A stretch of 64,000 nt of DNA. Source: Squalus acanthias (taxonomy: Eukaryota). Shown piece by piece: positions 12,927 to 24,540 of this stretch. Below the pieces are notes generated by a model. It was not told where the DNA came from. It did no database searches and was given only the letters and a program-made list of their open reading frames with translations. The position numbers and the translations under genes are program-made. The DNA lies in assembly GCA_030390025.1 (NCBI GenBank), contig CM059425.1:176268001-176332000 (forward strand). Reading direction: 5' to 3'. Numbering within the stretch: the first letter of the stretch is position 1; the number at the start of each line of letters is the position of its first letter.

Positions 12927-14450
12927 GGGGAGAATTTTAACATCAAAGAGTGAGTGGGTTTGGAAACGGGTGGGTAGTAAAAAGCACTGTAATTGACAGC
13001 GCGTCGGGAAGCTGGCTCCAACCCGCTGACTTACACATTTCGCTGGAGTGCGTTCGGCAGTGTGCGAGAAACCCCCTCGGGAGAGGCAGGTTACCAATTG
13101 AAAGCATTTAAGAGGTAGTAAACAGGATTTTTAACATGGGCTTTCAACTTTCACTGTGGGTCCAGGGGTTTCCCAAGCTTCCTGAACCTCGCCAGTGAAA
13201 GCACAGCGGCAATTGAGGGGGCTGAAGAAATAACAGGCAAAAAGAGACCTCACACCTGCTTCCTTGCCTAAGTGAAAGGCTCCCAGCACTTGTTCTGAGA
13301 GTTTGCTTTCAGTACTTTTCAGGTGATTTCTTCAACTTTGGAGGTGACTTTCACTACATTGGAGGATTGTGCGTCTGATCTCCACTTTAAATCTGTCATA
13401 TATCAGATCAGCATGGGTGCTGCTTATGCAGTTTCACCTTGGAACTCAGATGAGGACCAGGATGAGCACCAGCATCAACAGCACCAGCAGCAGCACACAT
13501 TGCTGCCCGGGATGGACTCATCATGGCAAGACTTAGTTAGGTTGCATCACCGTACCCATCTGGCAGCCACATGCTAAACACACTTGCCCCCACTCCCCCC
13601 CAGCACAAAGCAGTCCTGCAATCAACAAAGCAAGCCATGGTGTGCATGCGTCCTGTGATGGTGCACTCTCAGAGTTAGTGATCTCTGAGGAGTCGTCTTC
13701 CTCCTCCGGCTCCACCGCCTCTGGAACACTTGGTGGGCCTGTGGGAGATTAAAGACATGAATTAGAACTGTCATGGTAAGAATGTTTGAAGTTAACATTA
13801 TGCACATGATCATATTTCACTGGCTGCTGACATCAAGCCAACATGAGTGACTGTTGTATGCCGTGTGGCCTATGTTACCTGTAAGGTGCGCGGCCACGCA
13901 GCGAACTGTAACGCCCTGCACACTTACATTCACAGGCCACGCCGTGAGCTGGAGTGGGGGGAGGGGCCCAATATCCAACGAGCGGGAAAAAGTCACCAGT
14001 GCCCTAGACCAAGATGGCAGCCCTATGCTCTATATAAAGCAGAATTCCCGCCTGCATTAAGATGGCAACACCCATGCCCTAGACAAAGATGGCGGCATTG
14101 CTCAATGAACAAAGCAGCAGGAGCCCCGCCCAGCATAAATATGGCGGCACTCATACTCTGGACAGCAAAAGCGGCTCTGGCGCCCTGCACAAAGATGGCT
14201 GTGGGGCCTTTTCCGTCGGGTGGTTGACACCATTGAGGTTCCCTTCCCAGAAGTGACGCCTGGTGAGTTCCAGTGGGAGCCGAGCATCTGGAGGGCAGCA
14301 GCTGGAGGTCTGGTTACCATGGAAGCGAGTGGCGAGGGGAGCAGCTCGGCCAGCGGCCTGCAGGTGCCTGAGCAGCCCAGCATGATAAAGAGGAGGCAGG
14401 TAAACCGGCAGGTTTAATGTGGAGCCAGGCGCAGCAAGAGTTCTCCTCCT
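12927..14450. mobile_element. Degraded Harbinger derivative with transposase N-terminus (+) and Myb-gene exon piece (-)
   Basis: MGAAYAVSPWNSDEDQDEHQHQQHQQQ at 13413 parallels MGTIYFLSSWTSDSDEDQ..QQQ at 23069; 13660-13742(-) EPEEEDDSSEITNSESAPS parallels exon 3 of the Myb gene; boundaries approximate. Confidence 0.6.
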
Positions 14451-14756
14451 ACCTCCACATTAATATTGTAGACCCTTGCCAGCTCGCACTTGCTTCCCCC
14501 TGTTTTCCTCTCCATTTCCCTGGACTTGCCTGTGGCTAGCTCAGTGTGAGAGTCAGCCGAAATTTCAAGGATTTATTCCAATGAGGTCCGAGGACGATTT
14601 TAGGACCATCCTCAGGCCTCTCTCTTCTGGAACGTGACTTCAGCACACCAATCATTTCACACCAATTATTGTTGCTATTGGAATTTAAGCCCAAAAGCAT
14701 GCAGCATATTTTCACAAAGAAGCAGCGAATGGGTTTAATAACTGATACACGACATT

Positions 14757-15408
14757 GGGCCATAATTTGCAGTCAAAATAATGGTGAGGCTAATGGCGCT
14801 CTCCATTGTTTATGCAAAAACGCTACAGCAACTTCAGGCAAGGGCAGATGCGCAGTTAAATACGGAAATCGTAAAGTTATTGCCCGAGATCCACCGTTAG
14901 CTTCACGAAAACGGCATCTCGTTGTCTGCCTCACCATTGAAATGCATTGACTGGCATAAAGTTGCTGTACTTGCGCAATAAATATGAACTAAACTTGTCA
15001 ACGAAAGTCAAGTCTTGTCCATTCCAGTCTAAGTACCTTTTTAACAACGTGATAAGTGTTAATTACTGCCAGTCAACCTCGCTGGCACTGAAAATTAACT
15101 ATTACAAATGTGGTGTCTCATTCCTTCAGGTTTTAATTGTTTTTGGGGATTTAATAAATGTAAAATTTTAAATTTTAAAAATAATTTCCACTTTTGTTTT
15201 CTGTTTCTTTTTCACTCTCTCTTAATCCAATCTTTCTTTCCCTCTCTTTGGGCTGAATTTTCCGTGGTGGTAGTTTCTCTCGCTGCAACATCATCAGCTC
15301 ACACTTTCAGCAACTTGCCACGCAAAAATTTAAAAACCTAAACATTCAGGGATCAGTCTAACTAATGGCAGACGCTGTTGGATGCCCTGCTACAGCAAAT
15401 TATGGCCC
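14757..15408. mobile_element. Harbinger-type MITE
   Basis: Perfect 14-bp TIR gggccataatttgc / gcaaattatggccc; flanks att/gtt (imperfect 3-bp TSD). Confidence 0.85.
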
Positions 15409-17009
15409 GTTTGTAATTTTTATAAAATTAGAAATGATACATTGTTTGAAATTTCATTATAAAAAGGTCACAGTAAATGTTAATCATTGGTTTATTTAAT
15501 TTATGAACAGAACAGAATCTATAAATTGGAGCACTTTTTGATTTTTCTCATAATTGTGGTCGAAGTTAAATGTCACAAGTGCTGGCATTACGTATAATAA
15601 AATTTGTTTGAATAAATAATTTACTGCTCCAGTACTATTTATATATCACCAGAACAAAATTACAATGACAATTTAATTCTCTGACTACTGCGATAAGTAA
15701 ATTTAATTCCCATACAAAGGCTCCCACATGGCCATCTATGATCCTTTCTTTCTCCCCAACCACTGATATTAGTCACATTCTTGCTGCTTCTGTAGTTAAT
15801 GAAGAAAAATTTATGAAAGGAAAAAATATTGAACCATTGCTAAATATGATTGGTTTTCAGTCATTATGCTAAATGTATCATGGTTAAAGCAGAAATGCAA
15901 TTAGAAGATCACAATGGGATGTGATGTCAAACAAATAGGAATAAATGGCAAACAATGGTGACTCAAGAAAAACAACCATAAGTTTTAAAAGCTGAACCTC
16001 CATTCAGCCCAAACACATTCCCTGATATCAGAGAGGGTGTGACCAGAGGAAGGGAACTCCCAGGTCTTGAGCGTCCTCGTCCCTGGCTTGGGTTCCACTT
16101 GGCAGCTGGCACGCCGGGGGAAAGCAGACATAACAGCCTAGAGACCAGTGGATGTGGGGCCCACTTGAGGGTCCAGGCCCTGAATTTTGGTCTGATTCGC
16201 CACATTTACAAGGGGAGCAGCAAACTCTTTCAAATTTGGAATTTATGGCTGGGCTCCCACAGGGTCATTGATCTGCTGGTCATTGCTACGTCTCCTGCTC
16301 ATTCTCCCCTCATTCTGGCAGGCACCCAAGATGTGCCCATTGTGGCACAGATGCCCACCAGATTTATTTAGATAAGCAAACTTCCCCTGACTCGGATACT
16401 TTGGCGGGGTTAACAGCAGAGGTTCCAAGAGGGCAGATCCCAGCACTTACAGTGGGATCAAAGGCCTATGGATATTTGAAGCTATTGTCCTGAGTAGATG
16501 GTTGGAAAATACTTCCATCCACTTGAGAAACTTTAGAATTAGAAGAGTCCGGTTAAGTGCAACAAATAGTCAATTGTCTTATACAGAAATAGTTTGAAAA
16601 CATTGTTCATAATGTTTCTTTAATCCACTTGATAATAACATTTTATATATTTTTTAAATCATAGAATGATAGAATGGTTACAGCACAGTAAGAGGCCATT
16701 CAGCCCGTCAAGCCCGTGCCGGCTCTCTGCAAGAGCACTTCAGCTAGTCCCAATCCCCTGCCCTTTCCCCATAGCCCTGCAATTTTTTTTCTTTCAGGTA
16801 CTTATCCAATTCCCTTTTGAAAGCCATGATTGAATCTGCCTCCACCACCCTTTCAGACATTGCATTCCAGATCCTAACCACTCGCTGCGTAAAAAAGTTT
16901 TCCCTCATGTTGCCTTCGGACCTTCTGCCAATCACCTTAAATCTGTGTCCTCTGGTTCTCGACCCTTCCGCCAATGGGAACAGTTTCTCTCTATCTACTC
17001 TGTCTAGAC

Positions 17010-18019
17010 TGTAAGGGGTTTTCTCCGGTACTGGTCCCCCGTTACACACAGTTCACTTCAGGATTTATAAGAACAAAATACACACGGCACAGGGTTTTGG
17101 CTCAACCTTTGATTCGTTCGTTTATTGAACACACACACACAATTACCTCCCCCAGTATAAACCCCTACGATTTATATTGGACTAACAACCCCAAAATACA
17201 AACCCCTACGCAAGGGTCATTTGCATTGACACAATATGACACAGTTAAACCCGTCTGCGATTTGACTGTTACATATAAACCCAGACTCAATCGCAAAACC
17301 CTTATTGTGATCTGATGGAAACTTACAAACTTACTCAGACTCAATCACAAAAGCCCCTTCTATGATTTGACTGAAACATACAATCACCACTCCCGATCGG
17401 CTGTCTCCTGGAGTTGATTGTAGGCCCGAATCCTTCTGCTCGCTGTTCTTGCGTTAGCTCCCGACACCGTCTCTCTTCGAAGTGGCTTTTTCCTTTATAC
17501 CCAAAACCAACTTGCAATATCTTGAAACACATTTCCTGTCCCCTCCTGTGCACACGATGGCCGTATCAAAATGTGTGAATGTCTCTAGCAGAGAACTCTT
17601 GATGGCTAATTGTCCCTCGTATTGTCCATTGATTACTTGGGCACCGGCTGTCTGTATTGAGGTCCTTTGTTACAATGCAACCTTCCCAAGGTGCCTGCAT
17701 ATGCTAATTGTTGGTTTCTGTTAGCATTCGTATTCAAATGGTTCAGGGCCTGGCCCATTGTCTAGGCCTGCACTGATACCAGCTTTTCTGGAGCCATGGT
17801 CAAAGGTGAGCTTCTTTAACAATGTAACCCCTAAGGTAAATGAATATGTGAATGTTCTTGTATCTTCCCTAGACAGAAAACATTCGTATAGCAATTCGGC
17901 CGCAATGTCTGAATTAACCCTTTATTGCCCAGCTCTTTTTGTGGGCTGTGCAGTTCTGGATTTTTATATTTCATAGTCCAATTTTTACCGTTGGTGGGAG
18001 GGGAGGAACGGATCCTGTA
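17010..18019 (-). mobile_element. Solo LTR (~1.0 kb; Gypsy- or ERV1-type)
   Basis: 4-bp TSD AGAC (17006-17009 / 18020-18023); ends TG...TA (probably mutated CA); minus-strand TATAAA at 17494-17499 upstream of AATAAA at 17121-17126. Confidence 0.75.
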
Positions 18020-18276
18020 AGACCTATCATGATTTTGAACACCTCTATTAAATCTCCTCTCAATTTTCTCTGCTCTAAGGAGAACAACCCCTGCTTCTCC
18101 AGATAACTGAAGTCACTCATCCCTGGAACTATTCTTGTAAATCTTTTCTGCACCCTCTCTAAGGCCTTCACATCCTTCCTAAAATGCGATGCCCAGAATT
18201 GGACACAATACTCCAGCTGTGGCCGAACCAGTGTTTTATAAAGGTTCATCATAACTTCCTTGCTTTTGTACTCTAT

Positions 18277-18927
18277 GGGCTGGGTTTTCATTGACCCGTG
18301 GAGGCGTGTGGGGGGTTGAAATTGCAAAAACTGGTGGGCGGGCACAAGCCCGCCTCCATGCAATTTTCATTAAGTCGTGTCTGCTGGTTCCGCCTCCATC
18401 CCGCCTCTAAGAGGCGGGATAGGCTGTTAAGGCCCTTAACAAGCACTAAATTGCCTCTATAATGCCATTTTGAAAGGCCTTTGTGATTTTAACCCTTTTT
18501 CTATGTGAAGCACGCCTGTTCTGAACCACGAATGTGAAACCTGGCGGGAGCACATTTATTTGGTTGGCTGGCTGGCTGTGGGGATGCATATATGGATGGC
18601 TATGTGGAGGAGACATATCTGGGAGTGGTGGTGTAAAAATATCTGGGAGCAGACTTAGGGCTGCTGCTGCTCATTTTGCATCCAGGTCCTCTCACAGCAA
18701 AGGCCAGGCAGTCTCTGAAGACCTTCAATGCAGCAGCAATGATGACATCATTAGAGGCGACTTTCAGACTGGAAACACTAATTGGTTCATGGGTTCCCAC
18801 ATGCTGGAACTCAATTGCCCAATTAGGTGAAAATTGCATCAATCTCCCACATCCAATTGCAGTCGGGTGGATAACACGAAAAGTGGATGACACGACCCCA
18901 ACCCGCCCCAGTATCAAAATCCAGCCC
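18277..18927. mobile_element. Harbinger MITE related to the ends of the full-length element
   Basis: TIR gggctgggtttt / aaaatccagccc; flanks tat/taa; left ~280 bp and right ~220 bp resemble 22539-22840 and 26540-26761. Confidence 0.9.
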
Positions 18928-19229
18928 TAAGCCTCTATTTATGAAGCCCAGGATCCCGTATGCTTTTTTAACCGCTTTCTCAGCCTGTCCTGCCACCTTC
19001 AACAATTTGTGCACATATACCCCCAAGTCTCTCTGTTTCTGCACCCACTTTAGAATTGTATCCTTTAGTTTATAATCATCTAAAGATAGTGCCATATTTA
19101 TATGGCTTTGCAGCACTTGAAAGGAGTGAGTTATTTTGTGTATGTCTGGTTTTACTGCAAAGTAATTAGTGTAATAGCGTCTTTCATGTGTGCACACACG
19201 AGTTATCTTTACTGAGGTTTGTCAAATCC

Positions 19230-19620
19230 AACCCAGAAACAACTACAACTTGGAGGAAGATGCTGATGAGGTAAAAGAGTATCCATTGTTTGAGCAAGGG
19301 GAACCAATAGTAGCCACTGAAGGTTGCCTCCACTCAAGGGAACAGATTCCACGCTGTGCTGCCAACTGGTGGAAAACCCTTACCTTTCATGAGATTGTCC
19401 AAAAGCCATATTGCAAAAGCACACATGGACATATTAGCTACAGGAGATATATGCCATTCAACTGCTGAAGCACTATCTCAGAGCTCACTTGGCTTAATTC
19501 AGGATGTTGAAATTTACATCACAATGTGCAGGATGGAAACACCCAGGTGGACACTGACACAGTTGCTTTACATGTTATTTTGCAATTGGGTTGCGCACAA
19601 TCGATGGAGCAGTTAGGCTA
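19230..19620 (+). mobile_element. Possible highly degraded Gypsy pol (integrase Zn-finger region) remnant
   Basis: Fragments in different frames: EPIVATEGCL (cf. ELxVxDGCL), THGHIS (cf. HxGHxG), GLIQDVEIYITMC (cf. PGMxxDVExYVxxC). Confidence 0.35.
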
Positions 19621-19828
19621 CCTCGTCAATTTACACAGATAGTAAGCTTTATCTTTGGAGCTCCAGGATATTGTCATTTAGTGTTCACTTGAGTTTCTGA
19701 GGCCCTTTTTTGAGATTCTGAGACCTTTATGATTGAGACAGCTTCTGATCCAGGATGATCTGACCTCTATGTAGGATCCTTTGACCCATGTGTCCGACCA
19801 AAACTCAACAGCCAGTACTAAAATAGAA

Positions 19829-20014
19829 ATGAGAAGTCGCACAACACCAGGTTATAGTCCAACAGTTTTATTTGAAATTACGAAATTACCTGACGAAGGG
19901 GCAGCAGCTCTGAAAGCTCGTAATTTCAAATAAAACTGTTGGACTATAACCTGGTGTTGTGCGACTTCTCATTTTTGTCCACCCCTAGTCCAACACCGGC
20001 ATCTCCGCATCATG
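19829..20014 (+). mobile_element. Hairpin-shaped Penelope-type mini-element (inverted partial pLTR + direct pLTR + ~40-nt tail)
   Basis: 15-bp TSD agtactaaaatagaa (19814-19828 / 20015-20029); ~55-bp inverted arms; tail ttgtccacccctagtccaacaccggcatctccgcatcat. Confidence 0.8.
19882..19927 (+). ncRNA. Putative minimal hammerhead ribozyme
   Basis: gaaattac CTGACGA aggggcagcagctct GAAA GC TC gtaatttc: perfect 8-bp helix I; predicted cleavage after C19919. Confidence 0.75.
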
Positions 20015-20052
20015 AGTACTAAAATAGAACACAGATCATATTAAAATATAAT

Positions 20053-22240
20053 GGCCTCGAAATTTGTGACCGCCACAAAAGCTGCCTGTGCCGGCATTGG
20101 CAGGACCGAAAAATTGGTGCTGGGGACTAATTAACATTAGTCCAGCGCTTAAATCAGTGCAACACCGTCCTGGTGGCGTTGGTCCCGGCAGGAGGCCCCA
20201 ATGTAGTGTGGCCCAAGTGTAGTTGCAGCTAGAACTGCCTCTCCGAAAGCGAGGCTGTGATTTCAGAAAGCATTGTCAGTTTCTTAAAGGGGCAATGTCT
20301 TCAAAAATGAAAAAAATAAAAATGATGTAAAAATAGGCAGTTTTAGCCCTTACAGCTCAACTGCCTTCTAAAAAAAAATTAACGTTAAACAGAATTCCCA
20401 AATGGGAGTCTTCAGCTCTTAAAGCTGAATTGCCTTCCGCACCTAAAAAAATGGGAAAAATGCTTCAGCACTAACACAAATGGCTCAGCAAGCCAGAGAA
20501 AGGGCATCTAGGGTCTCGCACACAGCACCTCAGCTTTGTGCAGAGGGTCAACACTGCAAGAGAGGTCCTCTACCCACAGGGGCCAGGAGACCCTCCAGAA
20601 AGAACAATGTGGGACCACATCACCGAGGCCGTCACTGCCAGCAGTGTCACCCCCAGGCTTCAGTGGGCTCCAGTGCCCAAACAAGTTTCATGACCTCAGA
20701 CCAGTGGTCAAGGTCAGTGAATGCATCTTCAAAAGCTGTCTCCTACCAACTAGCCTCACACACTTCTCAATGCATGTCTCCTGCCACCCCCACCACCCCA
20801 ATCACTCACCTACCAACAATCTGTACCAAACACAAGGCACATCTCCCATTCCTAGCTTCACCTCACCCCCTTGGAGGAGACGGTGCTGGCCATTCTTGGC
20901 AGGGGCATGGCTGAGCCCTTGGCCAGCAGTGGGGCTCAAAGGATACAAGATGCTGGTATCCTCATACGTTATCCTCCTTCTTCTTGCATGCACCTCTTGC
21001 TTTCCTGCCCTCCCCTCACCACAACTCCACCCTTGTGCGTTCCTCATTTCACACACCCAAGAAATGCAGCCTGCCCAGCCAGTGGTTGACCAAGAAGAGG
21101 GAGAGGAGAGTGAAGAATAAGGAGCAGAAGAAACACAGTCACTCGATTTTATACTCCCAGCCACCAGCTCCTCAAGGTTGACCAGCAAAGCTATTTGCAG
21201 CGTACCTCCCCTGAAAGTCAGCAGCCTTCCTCCAGCCATGCTGCAGCCACTGGAGTAGCACTGCATGACATCAATAGGATAGGCAAAGGCACACGCAAGA
21301 CAGTCGCTAAGGGAATGCATAAGAGTGATTAATTGATTTCTTGATGCCATATTGGATGAATAGATGTATAAAGTTGGACAGGAAAGTTTGCTTTGTGGTG
21401 GCTTTTATTTCAGCATTGTAGCCAAGAGGACGCTGTGATCGTCTGTAACAGAGGGAAGGTAAGGTGTGGGACAAATGTTGAAAATGGAATTGGGGTTGTG
21501 GTCACTGGTACCGCAAGTGGATGATTCTATCCCAGATATCCTGGCCAGAAAGGGACTGTCTGAGTTGCCTCCTTCCTTCTGCTTCCTCCTCTTCAGCTTC
21601 TTCCTCTTCTGTGTCTTCCTCCTCCCTCTGAGCAGATGCTATAAATCTGAAATAAAAGCATAAATTTCTGGAAATACTCAGCAGATCAGGCAGCATCTCA
21701 ACCTGTTTCTCTCTCCACGGATGCTGCCTGACCTACTGAGTATTTCCAGCTATTTCTGTCTTCTCAGAGGCACCACCCAAGGCCTTGCAAGCATCTAGCA
21801 GCACTCCCTGCACACTTAAAAAAATCTTTTAACATCTATTGCAGCAAGCCACTACGTCAATAAAATAAAATAAATCCAGTTCAAAAGCGTAAATGCAAAC
21901 TTACCTGAAAGATGTGTGCATCTCTTAAGAGGTGCTGACAGCATCTCTGTCAGTCAGCTGAACGTTTGGTTTTCAGAGCGAGCTTAGGACCCAGTGCTGA
22001 ACTCAGCGCTAAGGTTGAAGTTTGCCGAGGTGACGTTAAGTCGGTGTTGCACGCCAACTGACGTCACCCTCTCTTCATTTACATGTCCAGGGCCAGTGCT
22101 GCTATTGGCAGCACCAAGATCCTCACCAAAATGGTGGCTGCCGAGTTCCGCGCCAGAGAAAGGTGCTAGAGTGGCGGCTGACATTTTTCGACTGGATCGT
22201 GGCGGTAACTCGTGGCTGTAAGTAGCCCAATTTCTAGGTC
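20053..22240 (+). mobile_element. Non-autonomous Harbinger family B copy (Myb remnants +, transposase C-terminal remnant -)
   Basis: TIR ggcctcgaaatt / aatttctaggtc, TSD AAT; MAQQARERA and SVTPR..QC.NKFHDL Myb-like remnants; homologues at 32051-34858, 44932-46996 and 54960-56098. Confidence 0.88.
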
Positions 22241-23068
22241 AATGTATCTATGTACTAGTATTCTTTCCCTTATTATTCTTCTACCATTCTACATGGTCTT
22301 CTGATAGTGAATAGAATTACTGGAGCATTGCAAATTTTGCGCAGAAAAATGTTAGTGTTTAATGCATTTTATCAAGTAAAAGTAACTACATTGATATATA
22401 TATATTTATTACCATATAAGTCAAAATTGATCTCACCTGCAGTATTTATCTTGTCTATTTATCTAGGTTTACTTTTCTCACATCTGTCTCCAGTCTCTTC
22501 TTTCCCCTTGCATGCCAGTTTTCTAATTCCAATATATAGGGCTCGATTTTGCCAGGCCCGAGGAGGCGGGATTGGAGGCATGTGAGTTGTTAAAATCGCC
22601 AAAAATGGTGGGCGGGCCTGATCGCGCCTCCATCCCGCCCCTGAGCAATTTTCCCACATGCGTGTTTTCTGACCCCATTTCCATCCCGCCTCCAAGAGGC
22701 GGGATAGGCCCTTAAGGCCCTTAACAACCACTTAATTGCCTCTATTATCCCATTTTGAGAGGCCTTTCTGATTTTAACACTTTTCCCACGTGCTGCACGT
22801 CTCCTCTGGAACACGGCAGTGAATCCTGGCAGCATCACAAGTGGATTGCTTACTAACAGCTGCAGCTCCACCATTAAAAAGGAGTTTTCACCAATCATCA
22901 TTTGCAGGTGGCAGAACTTTGTTGTCTCAGGTCTGGGGGAACTTTTAGCAGGCCTACTCATTGTTCTGGAAGTTTGGAGCCTGACACCCATCTCCAGTGT
23001 GACCTCCTGGGAAACCCCTCTCCCCACCTTGAATGAGCACTTCCTCAACTGAGGTATATAGCAGAAGC

Positions 23069-24283
23069 ATGGGAACCATTTATTTCCTTTCCTCCTGGAC
23101 ATCAGATTCGGACGAAGACCAGCCGCGGCAGCAGCAGAACCATGAACAACAGCAGCACCAACTGCAGGAGCAACAGCAGGAGCGCCAAGCTGCTGCTCAC
23201 CCACCTGAAGCTGCACAGGCCAGAAGGCGCCAGCGCATGGAAGCACGTCGGCGTAGGAGATACCCCCAAAACAGGGTATACAGACAGAGGATGAGCTACC
23301 TCAACATGACTGAGCAGCAGTGCCAAAGGAGGCTCTGACTTTTGCGAGAGGTAGTGGGTGACATCTGCGCAATGCTGCAGGCAAGACCAGAGGAGCGGGT
23401 GGACACCCCTTACCAGTGGCCGTCAAAGTCACCACCGCACTCAACTTTTTTGCTTCAGGCTCATTCCAGGGATCTTCAGCAGACATCAGCGGCGTCTCCC
23501 AGGCAGCCGCACACAGTTGCATCACACAGGTAACTGATGCCCTCTTTGCCATCGCTCACAATTACATCAACTTCTCCAAGGATCAAGCAAGTGTAACGGG
23601 CACGTGCGGTTGGATTTGCTAATCTGGTAGGCTTTCCAAGGGTGCAGAGCGTCGTTGACTGCACACATCACAATCCAGGTATTTTTGTCAACCGCAAGGG
23701 CTTCCACTCCCTCAATGTACAGTTGGTGTGTGACCACAATAAGGAAATTTTGCATGTTTGCGCCAAGTACCCTGGCAGTTGCCATGACTCCTTCATCCTG
23801 CGCCAGTCTAGTGTGCCTCCGCTCTTCAGTCTGCCAGACCAACTTTGCGGATGGCTACTTGGAGACAAGGGCTATCCCCTGAAGACGTGGCTAATGACGC
23901 CGTTGAGGAGCCCATCCAACAAAGCTGAAGAGCGTTACAACTCCAGCCACATTTCCACCAGATCCATAATCGAACAAACCATCGGCTTGCTGAAGATGCG
24001 CTTCAGATGCCTTGATAGATCAGGTGGAGCCCTGCAGTACTCAGCAGCCAGGGTCTCCAGAATGGTCGTGGTCTGCTGTGCACTTCACAATATGGCACAG
24101 CATCGTGGCTTGCAGATGCCTGAGGAACAAGTGGCTCATCACATAGCCTCCTCAGCTGAGGAGGAGGAGGAGGAGAGCGACAATGAACAGCTTGCAGAGG
24201 CGCATCAACCAGCGGCAGCAGCATGCGAGCACATTGCTGGCCGGGATGCAAGGGACGCACTCATTTTGGCCAGATTTGTTTAG
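23069..24283 (+). pseudogene. Harbinger (HARBI1-like) DDE transposase, disrupted
   Basis: [79 protein letters not shown]; in-frame TGA at 23336-23338 and at least two frameshifts near 23390 and 23600. Confidence 0.93.
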
Positions 24284-24540
24284 CCTAGCCAATCAAGCAC
24301 TTTTGCCTCACAGCCTCTTACCAGAGCATCGACATGGCCATGAATCTGCAGATTCCTATCACTCTGACCACCATACTGACAATTGCAAGTCACCCTAAGC
24401 CCTCAATGTGGAAGTCCCATTAGCGAAATGACACACGTCACAACTGCAACAGTTTGCCATCAGAATTTTTTATGACAATAAGCACCTGATGGCTTTTCAA
24501 AATTAAATACAACATTACACCCAAGTGACTACCCTTGTGA

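Larger units (their letters stand above)
16660..19075 (-). mobile_element. CR1 LINE 3' part split into three pieces (16660-17009, 18020-18276, 18928-19075) by a solo LTR and a MITE
   Basis: Peptides LDRVDREKLFPL..RTRGHRFK..FFTQRVVRIWN, LYKTLVRPQLEYCVQFW and QRDLGVYVH..AVKKAYGILGFINRG join collinearly once the insertions are removed. Confidence 0.92.

Noticed and set aside
20480..21350. Overlapping 144-194-aa ORFs as novel genes
   Set aside because: They are off-frame reads through GC-rich, deleted Harbinger Myb exons and introns, and are not conserved as ORFs in sister copies.
23069..24283. Domesticated host gene HARBI1
   Set aside because: It lies inside TIRs with a TSD, next to a Myb partner, and has a stop and frameshifts; it is a transposon copy, so no gene symbol is given.
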